This document shows, piece by piece, positions 62,886 to 64,000 of a stretch of 64,000 bases of DNA. Every line of letters starts with the position of its first letter. Position 1 is the first letter of the stretch. The DNA lies in the NCBI GenBank assembly GCA_963707865.1, contig OY970175.1:208748-272747 (forward strand). Reading direction: 5' to 3'. A model generated the notes under the pieces. It was not told the origin of the DNA, searched no databases, and was given only the letters and a program-made list of their open reading frames with translations. Position numbers and translations under genes: made by a program. The stretch is from an uncultured bacterium (GTDB lineage Bacteria; Patescibacteriota; Minisyncoccia; UBA6257; 2-01-FULL-56-20).

Positions 62886-64000
62886 ATGGATCAGGAAATA
62901 CGGGTTTGCCAGAATTGCAAAAACCAGCTCGCGATTGAGCCGGAGGATTTTCAATTCTACGAGAAGATGCAGGTCCCGCCGCCGACGTGGTGCCCGGAAT
63001 GCCGGTTCATAAGGCGCCTTACGTTACGGAATGAGCGAAGTTTGTACAAGCGGAAATGCGACCTCTGCGGACAGGAAAAAATAATGCAGTTTAGTCCTCG
63101 GTCGCCCTTCACCGTCTATTGCAAAGAATGTTGGTTGAGCGATCGGTGGGACGCCTCCGCGCATGCGAAAGAATTTGATTTTTCAAAGCCCCTTTTTGCA
63201 CAGTTCTTTGAACTGTTGCGTGCTGTGCCGCGGCTCGGGATTGTCCATCAAGGAACGATCGTAGATAGTCAGTATACAAACCGCGTGAGCAATTTAAAAA
63301 ACTGCTATCTTATCTACGGCAGTAATTTTGACGAAAACTGCATGTACGGCACATGGTTTAATAACTCCAAAGATTCGATGGACGGACTCTCAGTGCAGAA
63401 ATCGGAACAATGTTATGAATGCATTGACTGCTTTGAATCACACAAGCTCCTTTACTCTCAAGAATGCACGGCATGCAGCAATTCGTACTTTCTCTTTAAC
63501 TGCCGCAACTGCGAGAGTTGCTTTGGTTGCACGAATTTGAGAAACAAGAGTTATTGCGTGTTTAACAAGCAACATACCAAAGAAGAATATCAAAAGATCG
63601 TCGCCGGATTCAATCTCGGGAGCCGAACAATGCGTGATGCGCTGAAGCTCAAGTTCCTAACAGAAAAAACAAAGTATGTTGTCCCCGCCCTCGTGGAACA
63701 CCATAGCAAGAACGTATCGGGAAACTGGATAGAGGAATCAAAAAATGTTGCCGAAGGGTTTAGCTGCCGGAAGGTTGAGGACGGAAAATACCTCTACGGA
63801 CTCGTAGAATCCAAGGATGTCATGGATTACTCCTTCTGGGGGCGCGCCACAGAACTGGTCTATGATTCAGTGAACATCGGTTATCAGGCCTCAAGTATCC
63901 GCTTCAGCAATGAAGTATGGGATCAAGTAACCGATGCGACATATGTATTCAACTGCCACAACGCCCATGACCTTTTTGGATGCGTTGGATTAAGAGGGAA
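62886..64000 (+). CDS. Cys-rich multi-zinc-ribbon repeat protein (paralog 2; 3'-partial, runs off window)
   Basis: 'MDQEIRVCQNCKNQLAIEPEDFQFYEKMQVPPPTWCPECRF...' with strong protein and DNA similarity to 12172..13962 N-terminus; open to end of window. Confidence 0.75.
   Translation, partial: MDQEIRVCQNCKNQLAIEPEDFQFYEKMQVPPPTWCPECRFIRRLTLRNERSLYKRKCDLCGQEKIMQFSPRSPFTVYCKECWLSDRWDASAHAKEFDFSKPLFAQFFELLRAVPRLGIVHQGTIVDSQYTNRVSNLKNCYLIYGSNFDENCMYGTWFNNSKDSMDGLSVQKSEQCYECIDCFESHKLLYSQECTACSNSYFLFNCRNCESCFGCTNLRNKSYCVFNKQHTKEEYQKIVAGFNLGSRTMRDALKLKFLTEKTKYVVPALVEHHSKNVSGNWIEESKNVAEGFSCRKVEDGKYLYGLVESKDVMDYSFWGRATELVYDSVNIGYQASSIRFSNEVWDQVTDATYVFNCHNAHDLFGCVGLRG

Overview
This 64-kb window appears to come from a moderately high-GC bacterial genome (roughly 58-60% GC judged by eye, not computed). 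A short DnaX (366 aa), a short EF-Ts (153 aa), separate secD/secF genes and zinc-ribbon-tailed T4SS-coupling-protein-like ATPases are reminiscent of streamlined uncultivated lineages such as CPR/Patescibacteria, but the lineage cannot be assigned from sequence alone.

Housekeeping blocks, well supported by conserved motifs:
- 5'-partial ABC ATPase and ABC-2 permease (1..1363).
- A complete de novo pyrimidine operon on the minus strand, carA-carB-pyrE-pyrF-pyrD-pyrC-pyrB, with a downstream single-cluster ferredoxin and an upstream class I fructose-bisphosphate aldolase (26751..37677).
- Cold-shock protein, dnaX, a GHL/DUF4015-like hydrolase, scpA-scpB-dacA-like-mraY, rpsB-tsf, tRNA-Tyr(GUA), secD-secF, a sigma-70 region 4 HTH protein, and trmD.

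Accessory content:
1. A giant Thr/Ser-rich Ig-like surface protein (2839..6191, minus strand) with a C-terminal peptidoglycan-binding-like domain. It carries an internal, nearly identical ~230-bp tandem duplication joined by a poly-Gly-coding GCC/ACC microsatellite. Its 5' end is interrupted by an IS3-family element (6192..7350) with orfA/orfB and a canonical A_AAA_AAG -1 frameshift site.
2. A cluster of a membrane-anchored hypothetical protein, a small membrane protein and a TraD/VirD4-like P-loop ATPase (8041..11376). An orphan PemK/MazF-like toxin follows, with a near-consensus promoter plus intrinsic terminator antisense to its 3' end. Next come a Cys-rich multi-zinc-ribbon protein, an IS481-family element, and a second T4CP-like ATPase paralog carrying a C-terminal CxxC...CxxC zinc ribbon.
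3. A ~7.1-kb strikingly AT-rich island (about 19270..26410) encoding a cupin, three radical SAM/SPASM enzymes, a fourth radical SAM enzyme, a complete arginyl-tRNA synthetase and a PyrE-like phosphoribosyltransferase. It abuts a truncated ABC exporter ATPase fragment. It is the strongest candidate for a horizontally acquired, undescribed biosynthetic or modification system.
4. A copper-homeostasis locus: CsoR-like repressor, Cys-motif membrane proteins, DUF1573, CcdA-like protein and a CPH-type P1B ATPase.
5. A tRNA-Gln(CUG) next to a large serine recombinase, with a degenerate 3'-tRNA direct-repeat fragment about 4.4 kb away. Together they bracket a putative integrated element carrying an S53 (sedolisin-like) secreted peptidase and a small membrane protein. 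That membrane protein shares a conserved N-terminal EWNKVTWYS motif with a paralog at 1371.
6. A second, different IS481-family element beside tRNA-Tyr.
7. A second paralog of the Cys-rich zinc-ribbon protein running off the window end.

No CRISPR array and no rRNA were found. Many long antisense ORFs in the ORF track are judged to be GC-driven artefacts.
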